This document shows, in pieces, positions 62,774 to 64,000 of a DNA stretch of 64,000 bases. The position numbers and the translations under genes are program-made. The notes below the pieces were generated by a model. It was not told the origin of the DNA and made no database searches. It worked only from the letters and a program-made list of their open reading frames with translations. This DNA comes from Tetramitus jugosus. Taxonomy: Eukaryota > Protista > Heterolobosea. Every line of letters begins with the position of its first letter. Positions within the stretch are counted from its first letter, which is position 1. The stretch spans positions 310,001 to 374,000 of the forward strand of contig OW569371.1 in the NCBI GenBank assembly GCA_937625935.1, read 5' to 3'.

Positions 62774-64000
62774 ATGGAACCAGACAACGCAGTCAACAGC
62801 AGCAGTTATCCTGTCATCTCCAGGAAAAATCGCAAAAGAAAGATTGCAGCGGTAGTGACGTCTGATGGATCATCGTCACAACCAACTGATTGTGATGCAC
62901 CTCCTCCTCCTCCCATGGAAGAAGCACAAGACAATCATGGCGGTGAAGATATCACCATTGTCACAAGGGTCATCTCGCGCAAAAATCGAATCAAGCGAAG
63001 AAAAACAACAGTCACTGAAGCAACTGTGGTTGCACAAGAACAACAACAAGAAGAATCAAGACCACTTGATCAAGACAAACCCACCAGTGCTGCAATCTCA
63101 ACAACAGAAGCGACTGTTGTTGTGGAAGCAACACAAGCACAGCAACAACAACAACAAGAACAACGGACAAAGGAACCACTTTTGCTCTCTCAAGTGCTTC
63201 AACAGTTTGAATTGGCTAGAAGATCCGTATCGAGAAGTCACACCATCACCCAACTCTCTCAGAGAGACAAGGAAGAACAGTTTTTGAGACAAATGATTGA
63301 AAATTGTGTGGAGGAACATGTGGGGGCAGGAATTATTCTTGCTGGTCAACCAGGCACAGGCAAAACGGCAAGTGTTGACATTTTGTTGGACTCGTATGGT
63401 GGTGCTGGAGGCAATCGAACAATGAAAATTCTCAAATTGAACTGCATGGGTCATGCAAAGGGTGATTTTGTTCGAATTATTGGCAATTTTTTATTGTCGG
63501 ACTCTGTCTCAGGCAGTAGCAATAGTGATCTTGTGGTCGCGGAGGATCTGTCTGGTAGTGGTAGTATCAATGAGAAGAGAGCTTACATTACGAATCAATA
63601 CATGAAGCGTGTGGCTGCCGCTTCGAACATTGAAGGTGGAATCGGAGCCAAAACTGGTTTCAATAAGTTAAAATTAATAGTGTTGGATGAGATTGAGTCC
63701 GTTCCTGATAAGATGTTACTGCAAGACATGTTGAAATGGACCAAGAATCGACCATTGGTTATCATTGGCATAACAAACGATGCCAACAATGTCTCTATTT
63801 GGAAACAAGACTTTGAGCATCAATTAAGCTTCTCGCCCTATTCCAAGGCACAGATGAAAAATATTTTGTCTGATCGTTTGAAGGGATATGAACAATTGCT
63901 CTCGAAACCTGCTCTTGAGTTCATATCGGCCAAGACTTTTGATAGTGGTAGTGCCCGTACTTGTCTCGATATAGCGGAAGCTGCAATGGGCTCCGTAATT
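62774..64000 (+). CDS. CDC6: Cdc6/Orc1-family AAA+ ATPase, 3' truncated by the window edge
   Basis: Open for 409 codons to the window end: RDKE, GQPGTGKT (Walker A), LNCM, IVLDEIE (Walker B), IIGITN (sensor 1), FSPYS..IL.DRL, GSAR.CLD (sensor 2). Confidence 0.85.
   Translation, partial: MEPDNAVNSSSYPVISRKNRKRKIAAVVTSDGSSSQPTDCDAPPPPPMEEAQDNHGGEDITIVTRVISRKNRIKRRKTTVTEATVVAQEQQQEESRPLDQDKPTSAAISTTEATVVVEATQAQQQQQQEQRTKEPLLLSQVLQQFELARRSVSRSHTITQLSQRDKEEQFLRQMIENCVEEHVGAGIILAGQPGTGKTASVDILLDSYGGAGGNRTMKILKLNCMGHAKGDFVRIIGNFLLSDSVSGSSNSDLVVAEDLSGSGSINEKRAYITNQYMKRVAAASNIEGGIGAKTGFNKLKLIVLDEIESVPDKMLLQDMLKWTKNRPLVIIGITNDANNVSIWKQDFEHQLSFSPYSKAQMKNILSDRLKGYEQLLSKPALEFISAKTFDSGSARTCLDIAEAAMGSVI

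Overview
Gene-dense eukaryotic nuclear DNA of about 40% GC, using the standard genetic code. It has a few short GT-AG introns with CTAAC-type branch points and many AAC/CAA/CAT triplet tracts. The flagellar gene CFAP57, a sterol pathway gene and the compact layout suggest a free-living flagellated protist, possibly a heterolobosean (inference only). The window holds one tRNA-His and about 27 protein genes. These include an AIFM2-like oxidoreductase, GGT, TMEM104, a sphingolipid synthase, a STE20-like kinase, two very large coiled-coil proteins, RPC40, squalene epoxidase, CFAP57, CWC2, CRT-like and FEX transporters, G-gamma, NASP-like, DCAF17-like and a partial Cdc6/Orc1. There is also a decayed zone at about 45.4-48.9 kb. 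The most striking object is a spliced gene at 26607-33294 that the ORF track misses at its 5' end. It begins with a near-perfect histone H3 tail at the true N-terminus ([22 protein letters not shown]4F). This is followed by a non-cleavable ubiquitin (ending LRGD), an H1-like basic tract, ankyrin repeats, WGR, and PARP regulatory and catalytic (H-Y-E) domains, with a 1-nt frame break near 27905. Other notable items: an F-box fused to a Pol-beta-type nucleotidyltransferase-like domain, a tail-to-tail pair of permuted papain-like genes, a likely mitochondrion-targeted dead CYTH protein, two RAMA-like proteins, a structured non-coding segment at 9264-9487, and E2F-like sites upstream of several genes. 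All family calls come from motif recognition by eye; no searches were run.
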